Positions 26,511 through 40,089 of a DNA stretch of 64,000 bases are shown in pieces. The notes below the pieces were generated by a model. The model worked only from the letters and a program-made list of their open reading frames with translations. It made no database searches and was not told the origin of the DNA. The stretch is from Octopus sinensis (taxonomy: Eukaryota), in NCBI RefSeq assembly GCF_006345805.1, contig NC_043003.1:61070001-61134000 (forward strand). Reading direction: 5' to 3'. Every line of letters starts with the position of its first letter. Within the stretch, counting starts at the first letter, position 1. The position numbers were made by a program, and so were the translations under genes.

Positions 26511-29139
26511 TATAAATAAACACCACTTCTTCGTTTAATGAAGGCATCATTCTTGTCACAGAACTTTTACCTCTTTAGGGAGGGATATGTATCAACAACC
26601 CCCCACCCCTGAGTTTCAGGCCGTATGCCTACAGTAGAAAGGATTATTATTGTTGTTGTTATTGTTAATATTATCATTTTCCAATTTTGTTTCTATTTCT
26701 TGCCGAGTGTCTTCCCAACACTCGATGATTGGCAGAATTGTGAGAGCTTCGGACAAAATGATGATTTCAGGTATTTATTTTGTCTCTATGTTCTCAGTTC
26801 AAATTCCACCGAAGTCGTCTTTGTCTTTTTCATCCTAATGGAATTAATACAATAAAGTACCAGCCATGTGCTAGGGGCTGATTTCATTGTTTCTACCCAA
26901 ATGCATCAAAATATTTTTTGTCCCGTGTCTGTATGGGAAACAAAGTTATTATTGAAAATAAGCAACAGTAATAGTCTCTGATGCCTATAGGATTTCTTAT
27001 CCAATTAGATTTAAGCTTGGTCGTCGGGAATACGACTCACGTCACGAGATAAGAATCACAATCCTAGTATGCAGGTATCTATGCTTTAAGCATTGATCAT
27101 TAAACCAGCTATAAATAAAAAGTACATAACACATACATAATACCATAACTTGAATGACCATGAGATTGCACCTAGAAGTTACCCTCCGAGGCACAAGTCT
27201 GGGCAAGGTTGTTTATGGAAGACCAGCAGTCGCCCACGCATACCAGCCTCCCCTCTCCACGTCACCAGTGTTAGCCAAGGGAAAGGCAAAGGCCGATACA
27301 GCTTGGCACCTGTGATGTCGCAGCTCATTTATTACCGTGCAAGTGGCTGAGCACTCCACAGACACGTGTACCCTTAACGTAGTTCTCGGGGAGATTCAGC
27401 GTGACAGAGAGTGTGACAAGGCTGGCCCTTTGAAATACGGATGCAACAGAAACAGAAAGAATGAGTGAGAGAAAGTTGTGGTGAAAGAGTACAGCAGGGT
27501 TCACCACCACCCACTGAGGAGCTCGTGAAGCTTTAGATGTTTTCACTCAATAAACACTCACAATGCCCGGTCTAAGAATTTCTTCCTAAAACCGCGAGTC
27601 CGCTGCCTTAACCACTGGGCCATTGCGCCTCCACAATACCATAACTATTGTATTAGTATTTGGCGGACTAGCAAGGAGCAGTTGGTTAGTAAAATCATTA
27701 GAGCATCAGACACTGGACACAATACCTAGCAGTAGAGTTACAGTTCTTTCAATTACGCCTCGAGTTCCAGTTCTGTTGAGTTATTCGGTGATCTAGAAAA
27801 TTAAAAACTAGTCAAGAAGAATATTTTAAATCCATACTCGGTAATCCGATAGAAAATATATTTTGTGTAGAAACATAGGCGTAGGAGTGGCTGTGTGGTT
27901 AAGTAGCTTGCTTACGAACCACACGGTTCCTGATCAGTCCCAGTGTGTGGCACCTTGGGCAAGTGTCTTCTAATATAGCCTCGGGTCGACCAAAGCCTTG
28001 TGAGTGGATTTGGTAGACGGAAACTGAAAGAAGCTCGTCGTATATATGTATATATATGTATATGTATGTGTGTTTGTATGTTTCTGTGTCTGTGTTTGTC
28101 CCCCCAACATAGCTTGACAACCGATGCTGTTGTGTTTAGGTCCCCTTAACTTGGCGGTTCGTTAAAAAAGAACCGATAGAATAAGTACTAGGCTTACAAA
28201 GGATAAGTCGTGCGATCGATTTGATTCGACTAAAGGCGGTGCTCCAGCATGACCACAGTCACATAATTGAAACTAGTAAAAGAATAAAACAAAATGTTTC
28301 ATCAGACTAACGATTATAGATTACATATATTTCATTCACCTTCAGGCTTATCTTTATTTCGTGTGTACTTTATTTTGTGTAACCGGACAGAGCTACGTTT
28401 GAACCTGTCACATCCCGGAACTAGTTGAATAGTGATTCTGGTACAATCAACTATCCTCGACCAAGAATGTGTGGCCTTATGCTTATATCAGAAATCAATT
28501 CATATCGACATTTCTTGAATGAGATAAGAGCAACACAATGAGAGATAAAATGTTTCATACGACAGCAATAAAAATAAATTTACAACCAAATTTCTTTTTT
28601 AAAATTCTTTATTTCTATAGTAACAATAGTATGTAATACTTGGGAATAAGTAATAGCAGTTTTATTTGATAATATTTTGCTGATGTAATGGGTGAATTAA
28701 TCAATTCCTTTTGCCACTCAATTTGTGTAAAGGACTTGCCATAAGGAAGTAAGTTTAGGTATTTTATTACAAAATCGAGTATGCTAATGATTATGTTTAT
28801 CAATGGTAGTATGCCCCTCAATAACTTTATGAATCAAGCGCTGATATGAACACGTGTATAAACATTCGGATACTCGACCAGTGGGCGAGACGGGGAGGGA
28901 AGAGTGGGGTGGGGAGAGACAAGCAAACAGACGAGACCGAGCTTCTACGTGGTCTGTTGACCTGCCAGAAATACTTACCAATTATCATTCAATCACATCG
29001 TAAAGGCATTTGGCTTAATGATTTGGGTGTTGCACTTACGATCGCCAGATCGTAGGTTCGATTCCCAGACCGGGTGGTGTGTTGTGTTCTTGAGTAAGAT
29101 ACTTCATTTCACGTTCTTCCAGTGCTGTGTGGGGACCAG

Positions 29140-29529
29140 CATGCTAAAGATTAAACCTACGTTTATTCTGCCTGTCGTGAAAGGTGACTAAAAGAGGTTC
29201 ACGTAGGATTTGTACTCTGACATCGTAAAACTCTCACCAGCAACATTTACCGAAACAATCTCATATGTGACAACTCTTTCTCAGGCATACTAGAAATAGT
29301 AACAATATTTGTTTCAGTAAGATGCTAACAAAATGCAACATATCTGGTATTGAAGCCATTCTCATCAAAATACAGCTGAGGTAGCCAGGTGATCTCTCAC
29401 GTATGAGTGATATCAGAATTCCGAAGCAACTTCTCCTTGGCCAATTCTCAACAGGAAGGTCAGTTGGAAGGCCACTCTTATGCTTCAAAGACAAACTAAA
29501 AGACAATCTGAAGCGATGCAACACTTCCT

Positions 29530-29530
<1 letters not shown>
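29140..29530 (+). mobile_element. RTE-clade LINE 3' fragment
   Basis: LSRMSDIRIPKQLLLGQFSTGRSVGRPLLCFKDKLKDNLKRCN, the typical RTE C-terminus. Confidence 0.85.
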
Positions 29531-29567
<37 letters not shown>

Positions 29568-32500
29568 GTGTGTGTGTGTATGTGTGTGTGTGTGTACTAG
29601 GTATAACTTTAAACCGCACCCAAATGTGAGGCTCTGGTTCGACACTTCTTCGGTGTTGACGAGTGTGAAATCACCTCTCAAACACTATTGCTCCCATGTC
29701 TACACTCATCAGTAGTTGTAGCACCTGTCAGGGTCCAAGTTATGGGTGAATTAGCGCATTAGAGCTTGCTTATCCTTAATGCATGGGAAAATTAAATCCG
29801 ACAGACTCTACAGAAGAAAGCTCCACGATTCAACAGAGGGAAACCTAGATGCAGCAACGCGTTATGGAGTGCAGGAAGCAAGATGGGGCAAGAATGATAT
29901 TTTGGTCATCCATTGAATCTGTCTGTATCCGCAGTCATCTTGACCTGGTCTTGCCACAGCATTGAAGATGGTTATGTCCGAGAGAGCGTGGTTAACGATG
30001 GACAACTCCATTTTAAAAAATGTCAAATATAAGTCATCGATCATTCTTAAGGGTGAGTAGATGCCCCTTGTCGCTCCCACGGATGAAAATGAGATATATA
30101 TGTTAAACTGTCGTATGTCCAAATCTGGCCAAATGCCACTTTTTAATTATTTATTTTTGCTTGCAATTGCCGGTCCTTTTGATCAAACTATCGTATCTCC
30201 GGCTGCTTCAGATGCTAAGATATCAAAAATTGTCAAAGTGTAATACAACAATTTTGCTATGGAATGGTGATACTATTCTTTCGTTTTCTGAAAAAGCAAC
30301 ATTTGGACTTACGATACTTTTGCATTATAACAACGATATATGTGTATGTGTGTGTGTATGTATAGAGATAGAAACAGAGAGAGAGAGAGAAAGAGAGAGA
30401 GTGTGAGAGGGGTCTTACTTAAAAACTATTAACTCTTTAAAATCTACGAAAAACAAATTGGTGTGAGCTTTTTAGGAGAGAGGTGCATATTGTGTGTGTT
30501 AGAGCTTTCAACGTTCTATTTTTCAAAACACACGTTACAGGGGTTACCTCATAACTACTCAAGCACACATACACACACGCACGCGCACATACACACATAT
30601 ACATGCATGTATACATACACACATACATACATACATATACATATATATATACAGCTTTTGCAAAATTTGCATTTCTGAATTCTATTCCTGAAATATTGAT
30701 CAACTCGAAACTGCGGCCGAAGACATTTGCTCAAGGTGTTGTGTTGTACGATGGATCCTATAACCACGTGGGTACTGCTACAATGAAGCCTTTTAATGAC
30801 ACAGCTATACCGGCGCAAATACAGCACACGAATTTGCCTATTATGTTTGTTTTAACAGAAAATCTCCATAGCTATGTATGAATGCTTGCATGCAATCATG
30901 AACATTTGTATGACTTCCTACACATATCATCCAATTCAACGTATCTAGAAAGAGCCGTTGAATAGATGACCTTACAATGATTTAAATTAATGAGCTTGTT
31001 TCGAATGCCTATTGAAAACCCCATTCAATAAAGCATATATTACAATACTTAATTTCCATCCCTCACAGAATATAGGTTCTTCGTGCATAGCTTGAAAAGA
31101 AATAAATAACTATTTCAAAATTTTCGTTATTCGAGGGAAAGAGCACTGGCGGATCAGAACCAGGAAAGTAATGAACTGTTTTACAATAATTACTATTTTT
31201 TTGTGCTTTTATGTTTTTTTACTGATCCAAATCAACCTTACACCAGCAGAACATATGACGAAAGCGTTCAAGCTGTGAATTAATTCGTCTTTTATTTTCA
31301 GTTAGGAGACTTCCATTGTGTAGTTCTTTTCTTAATTTAGTGGAAAGGAATAAAGCAGTGAGCTGGAAGATTCGTTGGCATGCCGGACAAAATGCTTAGC
31401 GGCATTTCGTCCGTCTTTATGTTCTAAGTTCAAATTTCGCCGAAGTTGCCTCTGTTTCCTCATCCTTTCGGGCTCTATAAAATAAGTACCAGTTGAATGC
31501 TGGGGTCAAAATTGCTGATCTTGATAGCAGTATAGTAGTGGGTGGCGAAAATTCGAAAGAATAGGCGTCGAGATTGCCGAATCATTAGGGCGTCGGACAA
31601 AATGCGTAGTGGTGTTGTTTCCGGCTCTTTATGTTCTGAGTTCAAACCCTGTTTAGGTCAAATTTGTTTTCATCCCTTCGGGGTCGATAAAGTGGAGTAT
31701 TAGACAATCAAATGGGTCGATGTAATCGACTTTCTCCCTCCCTCTAAAAAGTTATTAGCCTTGAACCTAGCAACGGACTAGCGTCCTGTTCAGGGTAATG
31801 TTGTGACCTCGGTCACATACAAGTCATAGAAAACAGCCCAAGAAAAAAATTGAAGGACGCATGCAGACAAATTCTGATTGGTCGAGTGTTACCTTGAGGA
31901 TCCATTGTTGGCTGCACTAATATTTAGATAATTGATTTTTTATCTTAAAGTGTTCTCAATTCAAACACCACTGAGTTTAATTCTGTTTGTGCTGCTTCAC
32001 CTTCCGAAGACCATTAAATATGTGCTATACATTTAATCACGGGCCAGCTGCAGCCCGAGGTCTCACTAAATGGCACGCCTATGGAAATATTTACTTTGAA
32101 TGTCTTTAGTAGTACAGCCCACCTGTTAAACCAATAAACCATATCCAATGCGGTTCGATTCAGGAAAAAATTGTTGCCCATGCCTATTTTAAAGCGATGG
32201 ATTCGACTCAATTCACTCCTGCTCCTCGATATACAACAAATACCATGAAAGAATAGCTGTTGCTGTTGTCATTGTTTTTGTTGTTTAGTAACAGGTTTGC
32301 TCTTAAATGAGCAAAGCTATGAGGAAAGGCAATTTAGTCGTGATCACGGCGTCTTTGTAGATTTAAAAGTTCTTCTTTATTTAAGATGTTAATTTGAATA
32401 AGTTTTTAGCGAGAAACTACATAAAGGATTCTTCGTTTGTTCGAAGTCATACAGCAAGGCAACTGAGTGTGTATGCTTGTTTCGAATTCCAGTCAAAAGC

Positions 32501-32951
32501 CAGTTACATTTCTAAATACTGCCGTTGACAAAGATGTAAATATGACACAATTTCGTTCCCGAATTCAATGAAAATGTGTGGTCTTGTACGCATACAGTAA
32601 TTTTCTATTATTCAGCAAAGTTAGAAGCTATAAAATATTCCTATCGTCAACGAAAAACGTCAGACGATATCCAATGATGTCTTGAATGTCATAGCATTCA
32701 AGTAATCGTTTAAAATAACATAACATCAGTTAATCCACTCGCTGACATTATTATTGTAAAACAGATTTGTTTGAAAGTATGAATATGGCGACAGAAATAT
32801 CACACGTTATTCAGAGTAAAAAATTTACATTTTTTGTATTAAACTTCCAAAGTTGTTTAATACCAAGCTTTGTCACACGAAATGTAGCATGTTGGTTGGT
32901 ACATGTATATGCATATCATTAGACAGATATATGCACGAAAACATTTACACA

Positions 32952-32984
<33 letters not shown>

Positions 32985-33679
32985 CATCTCTTTCTCTCCC
33001 CCTTTCTATCTCTTAGTCCCTCAATTAAACACATACAGAAACACACATATACGCACACAAGCATACACATACACACACACACACATACTCATACGGAAGC
33101 GCACACACGTATATGCGTGAGCGTATGTGTCTGTATTGATATTGTATAGCACCGGGAAGTTCCGGTCATGTCATGACCGGCTCGTCTATTTTCAAATATA
33201 GGACATCATCTGAGCAGAATTTGGCGGCCATCTTTTGTATCACATAGAGGCTTCTTTGTTGGTTTGTTTGTACGCTGTATGTGTTTAGTTTACATTTCAG
33301 CATGTGCTTAGTGTGTATTTAATGTCCATGTAGCAGTGTGTGACATATAATCGTTCGAATTCAAATTTGAAATTTGAAAAACAAATACAGAAAAATTGTG
33401 GTGGAAAACAAAAGTATGAATTAAAATGCAATAGTTTGAAAACAGTAAAATTATAATGAATATGAGCAGACATGGCTGTGTAGTTCAAAGACTTCTGCGC
33501 AATCACATCGTTTCAAGTTTATTCCACTGTGTGAACCAGCTTGAGAAAGCATGTAAGTATGTATGTATGTATGTATGTATGTATGTATGTATGTATGTAT
33601 GTATGTATGTATGTATGTATGTATGTATGTATGTATATATGTACTTATGTGTGTACGTTATCATCATTGTTTTGACGTT

Positions 33680-34140
33680 TGGTGACATCAAGTCTCCTCA
33701 AATTTCTAGAATCTTTCTAAGGATTCTCACAGAATACAGCTTTGCACTTTTCTGCTGGTCGACAATACGAGTGTCAAGTCCAATATTCTTCTGTCTCTTA
33801 AGTAGAAGTTTTGGTGTTATGCCAGTTGCACCAGTTAACAGAGGGACAATTGTCTTTTGAATCTTCCACAGTCCCATCATTTCTCTTGCTAGATCGTAAT
33901 ATTTCTCGATTTCTTTTCTATTTTAAGATATGTTAATGCAAAGTTTATTTCTTTCGCCCTCAGTAATCTTATCTGGTCACATAGCTCTAAGTGTATGGTC
34001 AGATTTAACAGGAAAGTCCCATAAAATCCTGTAATTCTCCATCACAGCCGCTTGTTCGTTTTCAGGCCACTTTTCTTTTATTTCGAAAACCACACACTCC
34101 GCTAATAATGCAGTGCACCATTTTATCTATACAGTGATGT
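33680..34140 (-). mobile_element. R4/Dong-clade (RLE) LINE 3' fragment
   Basis: ENYRILWDFPVKSDH..RA..PD, DLAREMMGLWK..TIVPLLTGATG...QKSA.L.SVRILRKILEI*. Confidence 0.85.
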
Positions 34141-36199
34141 GTGTGTTTATATTCTTTTTGTGCTAGCTTACTGCGATCACTGAAAAGATAGTGAATACTT
34201 TCATCTCCTTTTCTACAGATTCTGAATTTGTTTTCTGAGTTACTGTTTTTCTTTTTAGACTTTTGTCTTTATGTATCGTCCTAACGATTTGTTTATGAGT
34301 GATTATCCCTAGTCTTCGATTTCTCGCGTCTTGTACCAAAATTCGAAACAAAGGCTGCGATCTGGCAAAACTTATCACATCGGACCAAATGCTTAACATT
34401 TCTTCTGGCACAACTCTCTGAGTTCAAGTGACGCCGAAGCCCGTTTTCCTTTCATCCTTTCGATTAGTACCATTAGAACACTGGGATCAATGTAATCGAA
34501 TAGCCTATGCACTTGAAATTTATAGCGTTGTATGGCAGAAAGAATTATTTTTATTAACACAGTGAACTGAAATAATCGTTAGAGTGTCGAGGAAATGCTT
34601 GGCGATATTTCTCTCTGTTCTTGACGTAGCGAATTCAAACCCACCAAAGTCAACTTTGCCTATCATTTTATCTGAGTCGATAAAATAAGTGTCTCTCACA
34701 CACACACTAACACACACACACACATACACACACATAAAAGACGGTATTGGTTCACAGTGACTATTATTGTTGTGTATAAAGCAGTGACCCGACACAATCG
34801 TTAGCACGCCGAGCAAAAAGCTTAGCGGCATTTCGACCGTTATCGTGTCCCGAGTTCAAATTCCACCACCGAGGTCTACCTAGCCTTTAATCCTTTAGGG
34901 GTCGATAAATTTAATGCCAGTTGAACACTGGAGGAGACCCCCTTCGGTCATGAATGACCGTGGGATCGCACCTAGAAAGTTACCCTCCAAAGTACAAGTC
35001 CAGGCAAGGATGTTTATGGAAGGCCAGCAGTCGCCCATGCATACCAGCCTCCCTTCTCCACGCCACTGATGCTATCTAAGGGAAAGGCAAAGGCCAATAC
35101 AGCTTGGCACCTGTGACGTCGCAACTCATTTCTACAGCTGAGTGAACTGGAGCAACGTGAAATAAAGTGTCTTGCTCAAGAACACAACACGCAACCCGGT
35201 CCGGGAATCTTACGATCGTAAGCTCGACGCTCCAACCACTGAGCCATGCGCCTTCACAACTAGGGTTGGATTAATCGACTTACACTCTACCCCAAAATTT
35301 CCAGCCGTGTATCAAAATTTGAAAACAATATTGTTGGGAACAGTTTTCTTTAATATCGTTGACTGCGATGCCCGTATAGTGTCTTACGATGTTGTCTAAT
35401 AGTCTGTGTGACTGGATTCTATAGAGTTCTATAGAGTAGGCTCATCTCAGTGAGCAGATGGTAAACATTTTGGCATTTACATGCTGGAGTGTGCGTTGGA
35501 GGTTTTGTTGTGGTTTGTTTGCGCCTATTGTAGCGTGTGCTGTTTGAAGCGATATAGTCTAAGCAGGCACTACTGAATTTGAGTTTGTGAATATTGAAGA
35601 ATTTTTAACACTTTTATGTTCTTGAAAAAATACTAATTAAATGGCGTTAGGATGCCCCTAACTATGTTAGTTGTAATATTTCTAGGTCTTTTATTAATTG
35701 GCAGAAGTTGCTGATCGTGTCAGGTGCGAGAGTTTCGTGCGCTGGCACTTAGCACCAAACCTCTATGTAGAAGTACCACCCAAAAGGCTGCGCAATAGAA
35801 TCAGATCCGAAACCACTTGATTACCAAGCGAGCATTTTAATCCCTTAGTCCTGTCTGCACCTCTGCGCCCATTTTATGAATAATAGATAGTGTTATTTAA
35901 ATATTATGAAAATGCCGAGAAGATAAATTTAAGTGAAAAGATTACGTACATTGTCGTGTTACTGTTTTTAATCTGTTGTTGCTAGCATAAGAACGCGAGT
36001 GTATGTGTGTATGCGTGCAGGTTATATATGTGCGCATAATGTCGTTTATGGGTATGTATGTTTGTGTGTTCTTGCATATATTTCATTATGCTTTTTATAG
36101 CTTTATGATTTGCATGCACCTGTGTGATAGGGTTGACTTGTATTAATGAGATGGTGGTGGTGGTGGTGGTGGTGGTGGTGGCGGTGGCAGGTTGTGATT

Positions 36200-37320
36200 G
36201 CGGTATTGTTGATCCATTCATTCTTTCTTTTGGTAGTGTGTGATGTCTGAAGTTCCCTTACAAAATGTATTCGTTTCTGTAACTTGTCAATCTGTTGGAT
36301 CCTTGAAATGCGTAGAAGGAATATTTATTTCGACTTTTTATTTCAATATTTTTTCTTGATCCATTGATCCAGTGTATTTTTAATGGTGTGTTAGACAAAT
36401 ATGGATTGTCCTCGTACTCACGTAAATTTATCTCCGATCCTTTCGCTTTTACTGCAGGCAGTTTCTCCGAATAGGTGGTAACGGTGTCGCTTTGTGCTGC
36501 TCTTTTATGCAGTTTATGTGGTATACTACAACCCTTGTATACTACAACCCTGTCGACTGATAGTGCACATCTGTAGCTGCTGCTTTTATTGATATGACAT
36601 ACATAAAATTGACTTACATAACATTGACTTTCATAATATGGCATAAAAACTGATTTTAGTTTCAGTTCGTGTAGTTTTTTTCCTAAACCTATAAGCTACT
36701 TTACACCTGAGTAGCGAGTGTCAATGAAGTTTGTTGTTGACACACCACAAGTCATACCAACCTAGTTTTTCACTTATTTTTCTACTCTGTTCTTGAATTT
36801 GCTCTTGTGTTATAGAATATATTTCATTTTCATCATTACATATGATTTCGAACTTTTCCATTGCTCCTCGTGGTCACACAAGGGGAATTGCACACTATGG
36901 ATAAAATTCTTTGTTTACTCAGTTCACAAGGTGTCTACATACAGGATACTTCGCTCATCAACTTAACTAGGTCTATTTTCAAGATGTTTATTTTGCATTT
37001 GTTGACATAGCGTAGTTCTGGAGGACTGGTTATTTAGAGACCATAGGTTTCATATAATGCGAAGGGGGAATTTGTTTTTTTTTTGTTTTTTTTTTTTGCT
37101 GCCTATAGTTTCTATTCATTGTCCAGTATCTAGAATAGATAGTCATCTGTTAAGGCATTTGGACGGGTAGTCAATAGCCACCCGTATGCTCTACTAGAAA
37201 GATTTAATATGTGTCAGGCACTTTCTACAGTTCTTTTTTCTAATTTGCTGGAATTATCTTCTGGGGTTGCTTTAATCAAAAACTTCACATAAGATGGAAG
37301 CTATTCATCATCATAATAGA
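36200..37320 (-). mobile_element. Decayed gag-like ORF1 of a non-LTR element
   Basis: ORF 36258-36644 begins VFMPYYESQCYVSQFYVCH...RCA, resembling a decayed I/Jockey-group zinc-knuckle region. Upstream frames are interrupted by stops. Confidence 0.45.
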
Positions 37321-38008
37321 AAAAGTCATCAGGCGGTTACCGTTAACTAAATTATTGGACTCCAAGCAGTCTATTTAAAATGAATTATAAATGAGCCATT
37401 GATTAAAATCAAAGTTCTAGATATTTTTTTCTTATTTACTTATTTACTTGTTTCAGTCAATAAACAGTGACCATGCAGGGGCATCACCTTTGATATGTTT
37501 ATCAAAAGTATAAAGTAGACCACCATTCAAACTTAACTACATCCGTAATTCCTATAATCGTTATGGAAATTAAAACAGCCAGCATGATAACTGTGATTAC
37601 ATAGTATACGTTTGGTGAGTGTGGCTGATGACAGTTCTGATGGTATCGTGGTAATAGTGGTTTGGTGTTGGAATTGATGGTGGTGCCAGGAGTAGAAGTG
37701 CTGACTGATAAGTCGTTACGCATGGCTTGCTAAATAATTCCGTTGTTTGTCATTGAAGATGAATCACAGATCTGGATATTGCCAGCAGAATTTTCAAGTT
37801 AATTGTATTCATTAATTGCTAACTCCATGATGTCATACTACTTTACTTCATCAGTCGATTTTAAGATCGGGATTTCGAGTAGGATCGTGAGTGGTGATTT
37901 TGTTTCTCTCGTGGAATATGTGAGAGAGAGCCTAAACAACGAATTCATGTCTTTCAAATATATTTATACTGTTTTCTAATAAATTAAAGCCGTTTTCGGC
38001 AATTATTA

Positions 38009-39273
38009 TCAGGCTAAGTAAAAAGTCAGCAACATTTTGAAACATGAAATTCATCACAATATATTTCAACAACGCGGAAATTTTATTCATCAAAGTAAGT
38101 ACCATTACAATCAATAAATTTTTGTCAACGAGTTACAAGTTTGTTTATTCCGGTAACATAAAAATCTGGAGTTGTGGAGCTGATGAACACTTTAAAAGCA
38201 CTTTCAGCATCGGTTTGATTTTTGAAATCCTTCTTTCGCAGGAAAACATCAAGGTGCTTGAAAAAGTGGTAGTCGGTAGGAGAAAAGTCTGGGGGAATAA
38301 GCTGGGTGGGGAAGAACTTCGTTGCCTCAAATTCTGGAGCGTCATTAGGGAAATGTATGGTTGAGCATTGTCATGAAGAATGATTTGCCCTCTTTTGTTG
38401 ACCACTCTGGGACGGAGGAGTATTAGTTTTTCGTTCATTTTGGCAATTTCATGGCAATATGTTTCCGCAGTAATGGTTTTTCCAGGTTTTAAGAAGCTAT
38501 AGTGGATGTGTCCAACAGTACAACACCAAACAGTTACCATAGCCTTCTTTGCAAAGAGCTCGGGTTTAGGGAAGATTTTCGGTGCTTCATTTTGGTCCAA
38601 CCACTGCGAAGAACGTTTTTTTTATTATTGTACAGAATCCACTTTTCCTTGCAAGTTACAATACGGTCGAGAAATGGATCAGTCTGGTTACGGAGTTGAA
38701 GCGACGAACAAATTTCATATCTGCGCGTTTACAGATTTTCATTCAAATCGTGTGGTACCCATTTGTCGAGCCTTTTTGATTTTCCGATTGCATGCAAATG
38801 ATTGCAGGCGGTTTTCTGACTAACTTGAAGTTCTTTTGCCAGTTCTCGAGTGGTTTTACGGGGATCTTTCTCTAGGAAGGTTTTTAATTGACCGTCATCG
38901 ATGACGCATGGGCGTCCACTACCCTCTCGATCTTCAAGGCTTAGGTATCCACTGCGAAATCAATTAACCCATTTTCGATCTGACCACTCACTGATCATTT
39001 CCTTACCAAAAGTTTCGCTGACATCAAGAGCATTTTCAGCTGCTTTACGTTTTTTTTAAGTTGAATAGCAAAATTGCTCGAATACTGCGCTTTCACAGTT
39101 CCATTTCAGATTATTGTAACAACAGCGAAAAAATATTAATGTTAATTTATTGATGTATTTGGGCAAGTCTGTCGATTGCAAAAAAAAAATGTTTAAAAAA
39201 GTTCAAAACTCTGCAAAAATCCGGTACAAATTCTTCATGATTCAAAACGTTGCTTACCTTTTACACTATCTGA
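38009..39273 (-). mobile_element. Full-length, inactivated mariner transposon (1265 bp)
   Basis: About 40-bp imperfect TIRs (TCAGGCTAAGTAAAAAGTCAGCAACATTTTGAAACATGAA vs TCAGATAGTGTAAAAGGTAAGCAACGTTTTGAATCATGAA) with TA on both sides. Transposase remnants WVPHDLNEN, DRIVTCKEKWILY, KKAMVTVW, ILHDNA and PTDYHFFKHL, broken by stops and frameshifts. Confidence 0.93.
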
Positions 39274-39674
39274 TAAAAGGCCTCTCATTATTGTGAAATA
39301 AATAAATAAGTAAAGTACTGTCCCAAGTCTTAGGTCTCAGAGAGTCGTTTCCCTGATTCGCAGACATATATGTGACAAGCATTACAATATTTTCTCTGAA
39401 TGGGACGTCAGCCCATTGCAAGGTTGCCCTTTTTACAGCTGAGTGGACTAGAGCAACAGGAAGTTAAATGTTTCACTCAAGAACGCAACGCACGTGTTTT
39501 GTTAAGTTGCTGTTAGCCGTAAAAAATTTCATTCATAATTTTAGAAATAAATAAATCTGACATGAACAATCAAAATGTAGATTATAAGAGAAGAACATCT
39601 GCTAAAGACAGTCAGATTGGGTCAACAATGTAAACTTGGTCCGGTAATGTTTGTGAAAAGAATGCTTAAAATAA

Positions 39675-40085
39675 TGAGGAGTGGCTGTGTGGTAAGTAGC
39701 TTGCAAAACAACCACATGGTTCTGGGTTCAGTCCCACTGCGTGGCATCTTGGGCAAGTGTCTTCTACTATAGCCCCGGACCAACCAATGCCTTGTGAGTG
39801 GATTTGGTAGACGGAAACTGAAAGAAGCCTGTCGTATATATGTATATATATGTATGTGTGTGTGTTTGTGTGTCTGTGTTTGTCCCCCCTAGCATTGCTT
39901 GACAACCAATGCTGGTGTGTTTACGTCCCCGTCACTTAGCGGTTCGGCAAAAGAGACTGATAGAATAAGTACTGGGCTTACAAAGAATAAGTCCCGGGGT
40001 CGATTTGCTCGACTAAATGCGGTGCTCCAGCATGGCCGCAGTCAAATGACTGAAACAAGTAAAAGAGTAAAGAGTAAAAGAGGCT
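39675..40085 (+). mobile_element. SINE-2, well-preserved full-length copy
   Basis: GAGTGGCTGTGTGGTAAG A-box, GGTTCAGTCCC B-box, CORE-like TTGGGCAAGTGTCTT and an (AAAGAGT)n tail. Confidence 0.9.
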
Positions 40086-40089
40086 GTTA

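Noticed and set aside
29830-30080. Possible Tc1-like transposase remnant (RKQDGARMIFWSSI)
   Set aside because: One short motif and no TIRs found; too weak to call.
30555-30881. Overlapping 90-aa ORFs on both strands
   Set aside because: They start or end in microsatellite, show no recognisable domain and have no convincing splice-site pair.
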